Of a DNA stretch of 64,000 bases, positions 39,955 to 47,731 are shown piece after piece. The DNA comes from an uncultured Enterobacteriaceae bacterium. GTDB lineage: Bacteria > Pseudomonadota > Gammaproteobacteria > Pseudomonadales > Pseudohongiellaceae. The DNA is taken from NCBI GenBank assembly GCA_964629325.1, contig CAZVSC010000001.1:74083-138082 (forward strand), in the 5' to 3' direction. A program made the translations under genes and the position numbers. The notes under the pieces were generated by a model. That model had not been told where the DNA came from. It made no database searches and was given only the letters and a program-made list of their open reading frames with translations. Every line of letters begins with the position of its first letter. Within the stretch, counting starts at the first letter, position 1.

Positions 39955-40317
39955 ATGTCTGAACGTCAGCAAGGGCAGGGATCGCTCCCCGTGATCTTCT
40001 TGAATGTTCCTGATCTTGATGTCCTGGCGGACCATTACCTGGCATTCCTGGACTGTGGCGGCGTTTTCATTCCGGGCCTGTCTGAACACATGCCTGGCAA
40101 GCAGGTGGTCGTGATTCTGACGCTGGCAAAACCGGTCAGGCGTCTTGCCATCTCCAGCACCGTGTTTCTGCTGATGCCCGGGAAACCAGGCCGAAAAACC
40201 CCCGGTGGAAGCGGCCTGATATTTTCAGCCAGTGACAATGAACAGGTGAAGGTCATTGACCAATTGCTGGCGCCGCTCAAAGGGATGCGGCCTTTTTGCC
40301 AGGCGCTATCGAGCTAG
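39955..40317 (+). CDS. pilZ: PilZ (type IV pilus biogenesis PilZ-domain protein)
   Basis: 120 aa. It aligns by eye to P. aeruginosa PilZ (VLADHYLAFLDCGGVFIPG versus AVLYAAYMPFIKNGGLFIPT) and has the same position after holB. Confidence 0.7.
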   Translation: MSERQQGQGSLPVIFLNVPDLDVLADHYLAFLDCGGVFIPGLSEHMPGKQVVVILTLAKPVRRLAISSTVFLLMPGKPGRKTPGGSGLIFSASDNEQVKVIDQLLAPLKGMRPFCQALSS

Positions 40318-41441
40318 CAATCCAGCAGCCTTATTACTTCATCCGCGATTGCAAGACTTGCCGTGAGCCCGGGTGACTCTATACCGAATAGCTGGACAAG
40401 GTGGGGGAATCCGAGCGGTCCACCTGCCTGGATCACGAAATCTGCCACGCCGCTGTCGACAGCCAGCTTGGGGCGAATACCGCTGTAACCGGGCAGTAGT
40501 GTCCGTTGTGCAATACCCGGGAAATAGCGTGCTATTGCGCTCCTGAATTTCGCCGCCTTGCCAGGATTCACCTGGTAATTGATCGCCTCGACCGGCTCAG
40601 TGTCCGGGCCGAATCGTGCTTGCCCCGACATGTCCAGCGTGACATGGATGCCAAGACCTTTGAGCCCCGGTTCAGGGACCGGGTAGACAAGATGTGAAAA
40701 AGGCGATTTACCCCGGAGCGTAAAATAGCTTCCCTTGACCAGTTCCTGTGCCGGTATTGCCGCTGCCGGAAACCCGTCGACCAGTCCCGCTACGGTCTGG
40801 GCCGCGATGCCGCTGCAATTGACAAGCATGTCGCAGGTAAACAGGTAGCTTTCGTCCTGGCAGAGCGTTTCGACTAGGTACCTGCCACCCTGCCTGGTTA
40901 CGCGTTTGACTTCCGTCAGGGGTGAAAAAATCGCGCCGTGGTTTTCTGCCGAATACAACAGGGACTGCATATAGGCATGACTGTCAATGATACCGCTGGA
41001 CGGCGAGTACAGGGCGGCTGATGCCTCCAGTTCAGGCTCAAGTGCCGACAGTTCAGTCCCGGACAACAGTGACAGGTCTGCCACACCGTTATCCAGGGCT
41101 CGCCTGCGGATAATCTCGAGTTCGTGTTCCTGCCCTTTACCGGCAATGATCAGCTTGCCGGTTTGGCGATGGGGAATGTCATGCCGGCGGCACCAGTCAT
41201 ACAATTGCTGCCTGCCCTCGACACAGAGACGTGCCTTGAGGGAATCACGCGGGTAATAAATGCCTGCATGAATGACTTCGCTGTTGCGGCTGCTGGTCTC
41301 TTCGCCGAAAGTGCGATGGCGCTCAAGGATCACCGCAGAGCCATTTTGAAAACGGGGATGCAGGACAAGTTTGCAGGCGACCGCGAGGCCGATGACGCCG
41401 GCACCCACGATGCCCGCATCAAAGTGGTCCAGGTTGCTCAC
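40314..41441 (-). CDS. FAD-dependent oxidoreductase (DAO / L-2-hydroxyglutarate-oxidase-like)
   Basis: 375 aa with a GTG start. It has the dinucleotide fold DAGIVGAGVIGLAVA and SRNSEVIHAGIYY. The substrate is unknown. Confidence 0.75.
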   Translation of the reverse strand: MSNLDHFDAGIVGAGVIGLAVACKLVLHPRFQNGSAVILERHRTFGEETSSRNSEVIHAGIYYPRDSLKARLCVEGRQQLYDWCRRHDIPHRQTGKLIIAGKGQEHELEIIRRRALDNGVADLSLLSGTELSALEPELEASAALYSPSSGIIDSHAYMQSLLYSAENHGAIFSPLTEVKRVTRQGGRYLVETLCQDESYLFTCDMLVNCSGIAAQTVAGLVDGFPAAAIPAQELVKGSYFTLRGKSPFSHLVYPVPEPGLKGLGIHVTLDMSGQARFGPDTEPVEAINYQVNPGKAAKFRSAIARYFPGIAQRTLLPGYSGIRPKLAVDSGVADFVIQAGGPLGFPHLVQLFGIESPGLTASLAIADEVIRLLDC

Positions 41442-41452
41442 GACAGCGATGA

Positions 41453-43153
41453 CTAAAAGCCGGCAACGCCGCCTTCATTGCGCGGATCTGAAACACCTTC
41501 CAGCATGCCATTGCCATACCCGATGCTGTTGGCATCCCCGATAGGGAAGGGCGAACCATTCAGTCCCTTGTGCCCCATGGCTTGCAGTTCCGCTTCCACG
41601 GTTTCGCTCATGGCGCCGGTTTCATATCGCACGACATCCGGCAGCCACTGGTGGTGGATGCGGGGGCTGCTGACAGCACGTTCCACCGGCATCTTGTGGT
41701 CAACGACATTCATGACCACCTGCAGCACCGTGTTGATGATGGTCGAGCCTCCGGGTGACCCGGTCAGCAGCACAGGGGTGCCGTCGCGGGTGACAATAGT
41801 GGGAGTCATTGAGCTCAGCATACGTTTGCCCGGCTGGATCTCGTTGGCCACGCGGCCGATCAACCCATAGGAGTTGGGTGTGTCCGGCTTGCTGGAAAAA
41901 TCATCCATCTCGTTGTTCAGCAGGAACCCGGCTCCGGGGACGACGATCTTGTTGCCGTAAGAACGATTCAGAGTAGTGGTTACAGATACCGCATTGCCCA
42001 TGGCATCCATTACCGAGTAATGCGTGGTTTGCGGACTTTCTATGGGCCAGGCGCCGGCAGCAATGTCTTCACTGTTGCTGGCATGGGCCGGGTCGAAACT
42101 GGCAAACCGGCGCTCGGCATAATCCTTGGACATCAGGGTCGCCGCCGGCACTTCCACGAAGTCGGGATCACCCAGGTATTCAGCCCTGTCGGCATAGGCG
42201 CGCCGCTGTGCCTCGATCATCAGGTGCAGGGTTTCCCTGCTGCCCCAGCCGAGTTCGCCAATGGCATAAGGCTCAAGCATGTTCAGCATCTGCACGAGCA
42301 GGATGCCGCCGGAGGAGGGTGCCGGCATTGACCAGATATCATAACCGCGATAAGTACCGTGCACAGGCGACCGCCACACGGCTTCATAGTTCTCCAGGTC
42401 CGCGTGACTGATCAGCCCGTCATTCGCCCTCATGTCCGAGACGATAAGATCAGCAACAGGCCCCTTGTAAAAACCGTCGCGACCATGCTCAGCAATGGCT
42501 TTCAGGGTCTTTGCCAGATCAGGCTGGCGCCAGAGATCACCACTGGCATAGGGGACGCCGGCATTGGAAAAAGCGGCCAGCGAAGCCGGGAAGTTCCTGA
42601 AGCTGTTAAAGTTGCCGCGAAACTGGCCGGCCAGGTCTTCATTGAGGACAAAACCATCCTCGGCAAGGCGAATGGCCGGTGCCACAACCTCAGCCGGCGA
42701 CATGGTGCCGTACCTGGACAGGGCTTCCAGCATGCCGGCTACGGAACCGGGTACACCGGCTGACTGGTGGCTGTTCAGGGCAAGGCGCCTGTCGACATTG
42801 CCTTCGCTGTCCAGAAACATGTCCCGATGCGCGCCTGCCGGTGCCTTTTCACGGTAATCCAGGGCCAGCACATCGCCATCGGCAAGCTTGATCACCATGA
42901 ACCCGCCACCGCCAAGGTTGCCGGCCGAGGGGTAGGTCACGGCCAGGGCAAAGCCCGTCGCTACGGCGGCATCGATGGCGTTGCCTCCCTGGGCCATGAT
43001 TTCACTGCCGACTTCCGAAGCAATGTCTGAGCGTGATGAGACCATTGCCGCGGACCCACGCAGGTATTCCGCCTGTACGGCGGAAAGCGGGAGCAGGAAT
43101 AGCAGGATCAGGGTGAAAATTCTGTTCACGAGCGCCTCTTGGTTGTACGGCAT
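41453..43153 (-). CDS. ggt: Gamma-glutamyltransferase
   Basis: 566 aa with a signal peptide. The autoprocessing/nucleophile region is TTHYSVMD and SSMTPTIV and GSPGGSTII follow. Confidence 0.93.
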   Translation of the reverse strand: MPYNQEALVNRIFTLILLFLLPLSAVQAEYLRGSAAMVSSRSDIASEVGSEIMAQGGNAIDAAVATGFALAVTYPSAGNLGGGGFMVIKLADGDVLALDYREKAPAGAHRDMFLDSEGNVDRRLALNSHQSAGVPGSVAGMLEALSRYGTMSPAEVVAPAIRLAEDGFVLNEDLAGQFRGNFNSFRNFPASLAAFSNAGVPYASGDLWRQPDLAKTLKAIAEHGRDGFYKGPVADLIVSDMRANDGLISHADLENYEAVWRSPVHGTYRGYDIWSMPAPSSGGILLVQMLNMLEPYAIGELGWGSRETLHLMIEAQRRAYADRAEYLGDPDFVEVPAATLMSKDYAERRFASFDPAHASNSEDIAAGAWPIESPQTTHYSVMDAMGNAVSVTTTLNRSYGNKIVVPGAGFLLNNEMDDFSSKPDTPNSYGLIGRVANEIQPGKRMLSSMTPTIVTRDGTPVLLTGSPGGSTIINTVLQVVMNVVDHKMPVERAVSSPRIHHQWLPDVVRYETGAMSETVEAELQAMGHKGLNGSPFPIGDANSIGYGNGMLEGVSDPRNEGGVAGF

Positions 43154-43182
43154 TGGTTGTACTGCATAGGTTGTACTGTCTG
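43141..43182. repeat. 14-bp tandem repeat x3 spanning the ggt start codon
   Basis: Plus-strand units are GGTTGTACGGCATT / GGTTGTACTGCATA / GGTTGTACTGTCTG. On the minus strand the first two units each carry an ATG. Confidence 0.85.
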
Positions 43183-43266
43183 GGCAGGGTGGATGCTGGT
43201 TGAGCGTATCCGTCTGCCTTCAGCGCCGAATTTTAGCAAAAACAGGCGGGCTCACGGTATCCGCAA

Positions 43267-43902
43267 TTAAAGCTGGGGGGTGTCAGGCTTCACCCAGCGA
43301 AAAGTCAGGTTGATTCTGCCTTTCTCGATGATCGGCTGCTTCGGGACCTGATGCTGCCAGTTATGCTGGATTCCGCTCCCCATCACCAGCAGACTGCCGC
43401 CGGCCAGCTCACAACTGAACTTTTGCCCCTTGTTTTGCCGATGCCTGAGATCGAACCGCCTGGTTGCCCCCAGGCTCAGGGAAGCAATCACCGGGTCGCT
43501 GCCGAGTTCCTTCTCGTCATCACTGTGCCAGGCAACACTGTCCTGACCATTGCGATAATAATTGACCAGCGCCGAATTGAATGGCAGCGCAACCGCATCC
43601 TCCACACGGGAGCGCAGGGCTGACAATAGCGGCGTCCAGGGCAGGGGGTTGAGCGCAAGCCCGGAATAGCCATAGCGACTGTTCTTGTCACCATACCAGG
43701 CTTGCAGCCTGGGAATCAGGACGGGCTTGCCGCCAAATGAAATTGTGTCCTGCTGCCAGGGCGTAGACGTCGCCAGCTTTGTATAAGACTCGTCAGCCTC
43801 ACCGGCGTCGAGAAAACCCGGATAATAAAAAATGTCTCCGCCCTCAAGGGACAATGTTTCCATTGGTGAGGCAGAGTTTTCCAGGGAAAAGGGGATTTGC
43901 AT
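43267..43902 (-). CDS. AlkB-like Fe(II)/2-oxoglutarate dioxygenase
   Basis: It has VAWHSDDEKELG (HxD), WQHQVP (distal His) and RINLTFR (2OG Arg). I prefer the ATG at 43902 (211 aa). The track start at 43998 adds a His/Phe-rich extension encoded by a 9-bp repeat. Confidence 0.8.
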   Translation of the reverse strand: MQIPFSLENSASPMETLSLEGGDIFYYPGFLDAGEADESYTKLATSTPWQQDTISFGGKPVLIPRLQAWYGDKNSRYGYSGLALNPLPWTPLLSALRSRVEDAVALPFNSALVNYYRNGQDSVAWHSDDEKELGSDPVIASLSLGATRRFDLRHRQNKGQKFSCELAGGSLLVMGSGIQHNWQHQVPKQPIIEKGRINLTFRWVKPDTPQL

Positions 43903-43917
43903 GTTGGCGGAAATCAG

Positions 43918-43953
43918 ATGGAAGTGATAAAAGTGATGAAAGTGATGAAAGTG
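43918..43953. repeat. 9-bp tandem repeat x4 (plus strand ATRRAAGTG; minus strand CACTTYYAT)
   Basis: Units are ATGGAAGTG / ATAAAAGTG / ATGAAAGTG / ATGAAAGTG, read directly from the sequence. They lie 16-51 nt upstream of the alkB-like ATG at 43902. Confidence 0.85.
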
Positions 43954-44106
43954 TAGCCCCGACCTGGCCGGGATGATTGGCTGCACCTGATAGGCCATGC
44001 AGACCGGACAGGTGTGAAGCAGCCATCCTTGTGAACCGCGCCCGGTTTTAGACCAGGTTCACCTCCATGGCAAGGCAGTCAGGATTGGCGGATTGGAGCG
44101 CCTGAA

Positions 44107-44472
44107 TCAGCCCAGCAATTCAAGCAAGGCCTGTTTTTTCTCCTCAGGTAGATTTTCCAGTCTTCGGGTCAGCTCACTGTCGGTCATCCTCTGAATGCCG
44201 TTTCCTTCCGAAGAAAATTCCACGGCGGCTTCATCGTGACTGAAACCCTGGTTGTCGCCTGACAGGTTTTGCTGGATATGCTTTTCCAGCACCATGATAA
44301 TCTCTGAATTCATGCTGCGGCGGTTCTGCTCAGACAAGTGCTTGATCTTGTTGCGCAGTCCCTTGGGAAGGCGAATGACGAATTTTTCAATGAGGGCAGG
44401 AGTCGATCTGCTCCTGGAATCAGATTCGAATTTGGCTGATGAATCCTGGTGATCGTCGGTATAATCATTCAT
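44107..44472 (-). CDS. Arc/MetJ-type ribbon-helix-helix DNA-binding protein
   Basis: ATG at 44472 is preceded by AAGGAA. The core FVIRLPKGLRNKIKHLSEQNRRSMNSEIIMVLEKHI matches the Arc-domain pattern (F.lRlP..L...i...A..n.RSmNsEIv..Le). The track's 159-aa version is a 5' over-extension through the upstream repeats. Confidence 0.75.
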   Translation of the reverse strand: MNDYTDDHQDSSAKFESDSRSRSTPALIEKFVIRLPKGLRNKIKHLSEQNRRSMNSEIIMVLEKHIQQNLSGDNQGFSHDEAAVEFSSEGNGIQRMTDSELTRRLENLPEEKKQALLELLG

Positions 44473-44504
44473 AGTGCGTTCCTTTCGTTCTCCTTGTTCC
44501 AGAT

Positions 44505-44569
44505 ACATTTTCCAGGTACATATCCCTGACACATATCCCTGACACATATTCCAATAGCATATTCCAGGT
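44505..44569. repeat. 13-bp tandem array x5 (core ACATATYCC), a candidate operator upstream of the Arc-like gene
   Basis: Units are ACATTTTCCAGGT / ACATATCCCTGAC / ACATATCCCTGAC / ACATATTCCAATA / GCATATTCCAGGT, at exact 13-bp spacing. The array lies 33-97 nt upstream of the ATG at 44472. Confidence 0.85.
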
Positions 44570-44717
44570 AGACCAATATCGTTCACAGTAACGTCAAGCC
44601 AATAATAAACCTTTAAATTTAAAATAGAAATTTTTTCAGAGCCCCATAAGGGATTTACCCTGAATCGGGTTTAGCCAAACTGGCGTTCCAGAATCACACA
44701 GTATTCAAGAGGTTGCG

Positions 44718-46064
44718 ATGTTTGATTACGATTTGTTTGTCATAGGCGCCGGGTCCGGTGGCGTCAGGGCCGCCCGCATATCGGCAGGTTACGGAGCACG
44801 CGTTGCCATTGCCGAGGATCGCTACATGGGTGGAACCTGCGTCAATGTCGGCTGCGTCCCCAAGAAGCTCTATACCTATGCGGCCCATTTCAGCCAGGAC
44901 TGCAGTGACAGCAGGGGCTTTGGCTGGACAGGAGAAGTGCCCGTTTTCAACTGGCACGTGCTGCGGGACAACAAAACAGCAGAAATCGAACGCCTGAATG
45001 GCATATATGACAATCTGCTATCAAATTCGGGTGTAACGGTCTTCAGCGCCCGGGCGAAGATAGCCGGCAAAAATACCGTTGCCGTGGACGGCAGGACGGT
45101 CACTGCACGCCATATCCTGATCGCTACCGGCGGCTGGCCCTTTGTCCCGGACTTTCCGGGAAGCGACATGGTGCTTACGTCCAACGAAATCTTTGATCTG
45201 CCCGAATTCCCCAAACGCATCCTGGTCGTGGGTGGAGGTTATATCGCGCTGGAATTTGCCGGCATCTTTGCCGGCCTTGGCGCCAGCACCACCTTGTCCT
45301 ATCGCGGCGATATTCCCCTGAAGAATTTTGACAAGGATATCCGGGAAAAACTTTTTACCGAGAGCCAGCGGCATATCAGCATGCGCATGAACAGCAATGT
45401 TGCAGAAATACGCAAAGGCGACGATGGCATAATAGTGGCATTCGAAGAGGGCGCCCCCCTGACCGTCGATTGCGTACTTTATGCCACAGGCAGGAACGCC
45501 AATACCCGGGAACTTGGACTGGAAAATACCCGGGTCAAGACCGGTAAAAACGGTGCCATCGGCGTCGATGAATATTTTGAGACGGACGAACCCGGCATAT
45601 ATGCCATTGGCGACGTGGTCGGGCGCGCCGCCTTGACCCCCGTAGCAACCGCAGAAGGGATGGTCCTGGCGTCAAATCTGTTCAAGGGAACCCGGAAAAC
45701 CCTGGATTACACCAATATCGCCACTGCCGTTTTCAGCCACCCGAATGTGGGAACCGTCGGTTTGACCGAAGAGGGTGCCAAGGACAAATACGGGGCAATA
45801 GTGGTGTTTGAAAGTGAATTCAGGCACCTGAAACATACATTGTCCGGCAATCCCGAGCGCACCTACATGAAAATCATCACCGACAAGGCAACCGACCGGG
45901 TCGTCGGCATGCATATGGTCGGCGCCGATGCCGGTGAAATCATCCAGGGCTTTGCCGCAGCCATGCAGTGCGGCGTCACCAAGGCCCAACTGGACAGTAC
46001 GATCGGTATACATCCGACAGCAGCCGAGGAATTTGTCACTATGCGAACCGCCAGGCACGAATGA
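44718..46064 (+). CDS. gor: Glutathione-disulfide reductase
   Basis: 448 aa. It starts MFDYDLFVIGAGSGG, has the redox-active GGTCVNVGCVPKK and the C-terminal HPTAAEE motif. Confidence 0.92.
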   Translation: MFDYDLFVIGAGSGGVRAARISAGYGARVAIAEDRYMGGTCVNVGCVPKKLYTYAAHFSQDCSDSRGFGWTGEVPVFNWHVLRDNKTAEIERLNGIYDNLLSNSGVTVFSARAKIAGKNTVAVDGRTVTARHILIATGGWPFVPDFPGSDMVLTSNEIFDLPEFPKRILVVGGGYIALEFAGIFAGLGASTTLSYRGDIPLKNFDKDIREKLFTESQRHISMRMNSNVAEIRKGDDGIIVAFEEGAPLTVDCVLYATGRNANTRELGLENTRVKTGKNGAIGVDEYFETDEPGIYAIGDVVGRAALTPVATAEGMVLASNLFKGTRKTLDYTNIATAVFSHPNVGTVGLTEEGAKDKYGAIVVFESEFRHLKHTLSGNPERTYMKIITDKATDRVVGMHMVGADAGEIIQGFAAAMQCGVTKAQLDSTIGIHPTAAEEFVTMRTARHE

Positions 46065-46172
46065 CGGGGTTCCGGCCAAGCGGCAGCATCAACATCTGGT
46101 AGTCCAACCTGTATAACGTCAGGAAGCAGGGCTTGCGGCAATACCAGTTTCGTGCTGAAATGCCTCTATCTA

Positions 46173-46200
46173 ATTTCCGGTAATCTTTATTACCGGAAAT
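46173..46200. repeat. Perfect 12-bp inverted repeat ATTTCCGGTAAT-CTTT-ATTACCGGAAAT
   Basis: Read directly from the sequence. It sits in an AT-rich spacer 108 nt after the gor stop and 131 nt before the recombinase ATG. No T-run follows it. Confidence 0.8.
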
Positions 46201-46330
46201 AGTGGAGCAGTAAGAATCAGGCACATATTGTGTATATATTAAGCTATATCAATTAGTTATCGCATGTATCTAAAATGATTCTAAATATCGATAAAATCAA
46301 TTCCACCCTCATCCGGCCTGTTCCCGCTTC

Positions 46331-47551
46331 ATGAGTCAGCCCAAGCCACCGGTGCCGTTTTTTGACACGCTCGAGGAAATGGCCAACCCCTACAAGCAGC
46401 GTATTGCCTCTGTTAAACATCTGCTCGATGACGAACCCGCCAATGCTGTCGACGACTACCAGTACGCCAGCGAGTTCCTGTATTCCTACCGTGGCAGCCC
46501 GGACACGTTTTCCACATACAGGCGTGAAATCGAGCACTTCTTGCACTGGTGCTGGCTCATCGAGAAAAAGTCGCTGAAAAGCATCCGTCGCGAAGATATC
46601 GAGGCTTATATCGAATTTGCCCGCAATCCACCGCATTCATGGATCGGTGCCAAGAACGTGGCCAGGTATGCGATGAGCGGCGGAAACAGGGTGCCCAACC
46701 CTGAGTGGCGACCCTACGTCCAGCAAGGCAAAAATCCGCAGGAAACCGCTTACTTTCTGTCCCAGAGCGCTATCCAGAGCATTTTTGCGGTGTTGAGCAG
46801 TTTTTGTAACTTCCTGATCCAGGAGGAATACCTGGAATTCAACCCGGTCGCCCAGATTCGCCAGAAGGGCAAATTCCTGCGCAAAACCCAGGCAAGCCGC
46901 CCTATTCGCCGGCTTTCTCAGCTCCAGTGGTCCTATGTGCTTGAAAATGCTGAAATAATGGCCAAAAAGGACCCCTTGCATGAACGCACTCTGTTCATCA
47001 TGAACGCCCTGTTCGGCATGTACCTGCGCATCTCGGAATTGGTGGAAACCGAGCGCTGGAGCCCGAAAATGGGAGATTTCGAGCGTGACCTTGAGGGCAA
47101 CTGGTGGTTCAGGACCGTCGGCAAGGGCAACAAGGAGCGCCAGATCTCTGTCAGTGACGCCATGCTGGATGCCCTGAAGCGCTACCGGCGCTCCAGGGGA
47201 CTCCCGGAACTGCCCTCGCCCGGTGAATATACGCCCCTTGTGCACAAGGCGCGCGGCAAAGGCAATATCAGCAGTACCCGGCAAATACGGGGCATTGTGC
47301 AGGCCTGTTTTGACGAGGCGGAACAAGCCATGCGCAAGGAGGGTTTTACCGAGGAGGCAGAGGCCCTCGGCGCGGCGACAGTACACTGGCTGCGGCATAC
47401 CGGCATCTCCGAGGATGTAAAGCACAGACCCCGTGAGCATGTCAGGGATGATGCCGGACACGGCTCCAGCGCCATCACGGACCGCTATATCGATGTGCAA
47501 CTCACCGAGCGCCATGCCTCGGCCCGGAAGAAACGCATAAAACCGGATTGA
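46331..47551 (+). CDS. Tyrosine-type site-specific recombinase/integrase
   Basis: 406 aa. The N-terminal SAM-like core-binding region has ...TFSTYRREIEHFLHWC.... The catalytic residues follow as LRISEL (Arg), HWLRHTG (HxxR), RDDAGHGS (His) and ITDRYI (Tyr). Confidence 0.85.
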   Translation: MSQPKPPVPFFDTLEEMANPYKQRIASVKHLLDDEPANAVDDYQYASEFLYSYRGSPDTFSTYRREIEHFLHWCWLIEKKSLKSIRREDIEAYIEFARNPPHSWIGAKNVARYAMSGGNRVPNPEWRPYVQQGKNPQETAYFLSQSAIQSIFAVLSSFCNFLIQEEYLEFNPVAQIRQKGKFLRKTQASRPIRRLSQLQWSYVLENAEIMAKKDPLHERTLFIMNALFGMYLRISELVETERWSPKMGDFERDLEGNWWFRTVGKGNKERQISVSDAMLDALKRYRRSRGLPELPSPGEYTPLVHKARGKGNISSTRQIRGIVQACFDEAEQAMRKEGFTEEAEALGAATVHWLRHTGISEDVKHRPREHVRDDAGHGSSAITDRYIDVQLTERHASARKKRIKPD

Positions 47552-47731
47552 TTGAAGGGTTGTTCAGGGGCGGCTAAGGCGGAATTTGCCACAATCAGGG
47601 CCATTCAGGGCACGTGGGACAATGCATTTTTTTGCCAATTTTTGCCCGTATGATAGTAATATGAAGCGCGCAAAACCGCACCGTCAGTGACGTGCAACAA
47701 GCGCAGCAGACCTAGCAGACAAGGCAGAGTT

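Noticed and set aside
44422-44430. A possible att-site remnant: AGATTCGAA inside the Arc-like gene matches part of the tRNA-Ser T-arm. This might have delimited an island spanning arc-gor-integrase-prc.
   Set aside because: The match is only 9 nt and lies inside a coding region. The putative island would contain core genes (gor, prc) with native-looking composition.
43918-44569. The short tandem arrays as a possible CRISPR or other spacer-repeat locus.
   Set aside because: The units are contiguous (no spacers), only 9-14 bp long, and few in number. There are no cas genes. They are better described as promoter-proximal tandem repeats.
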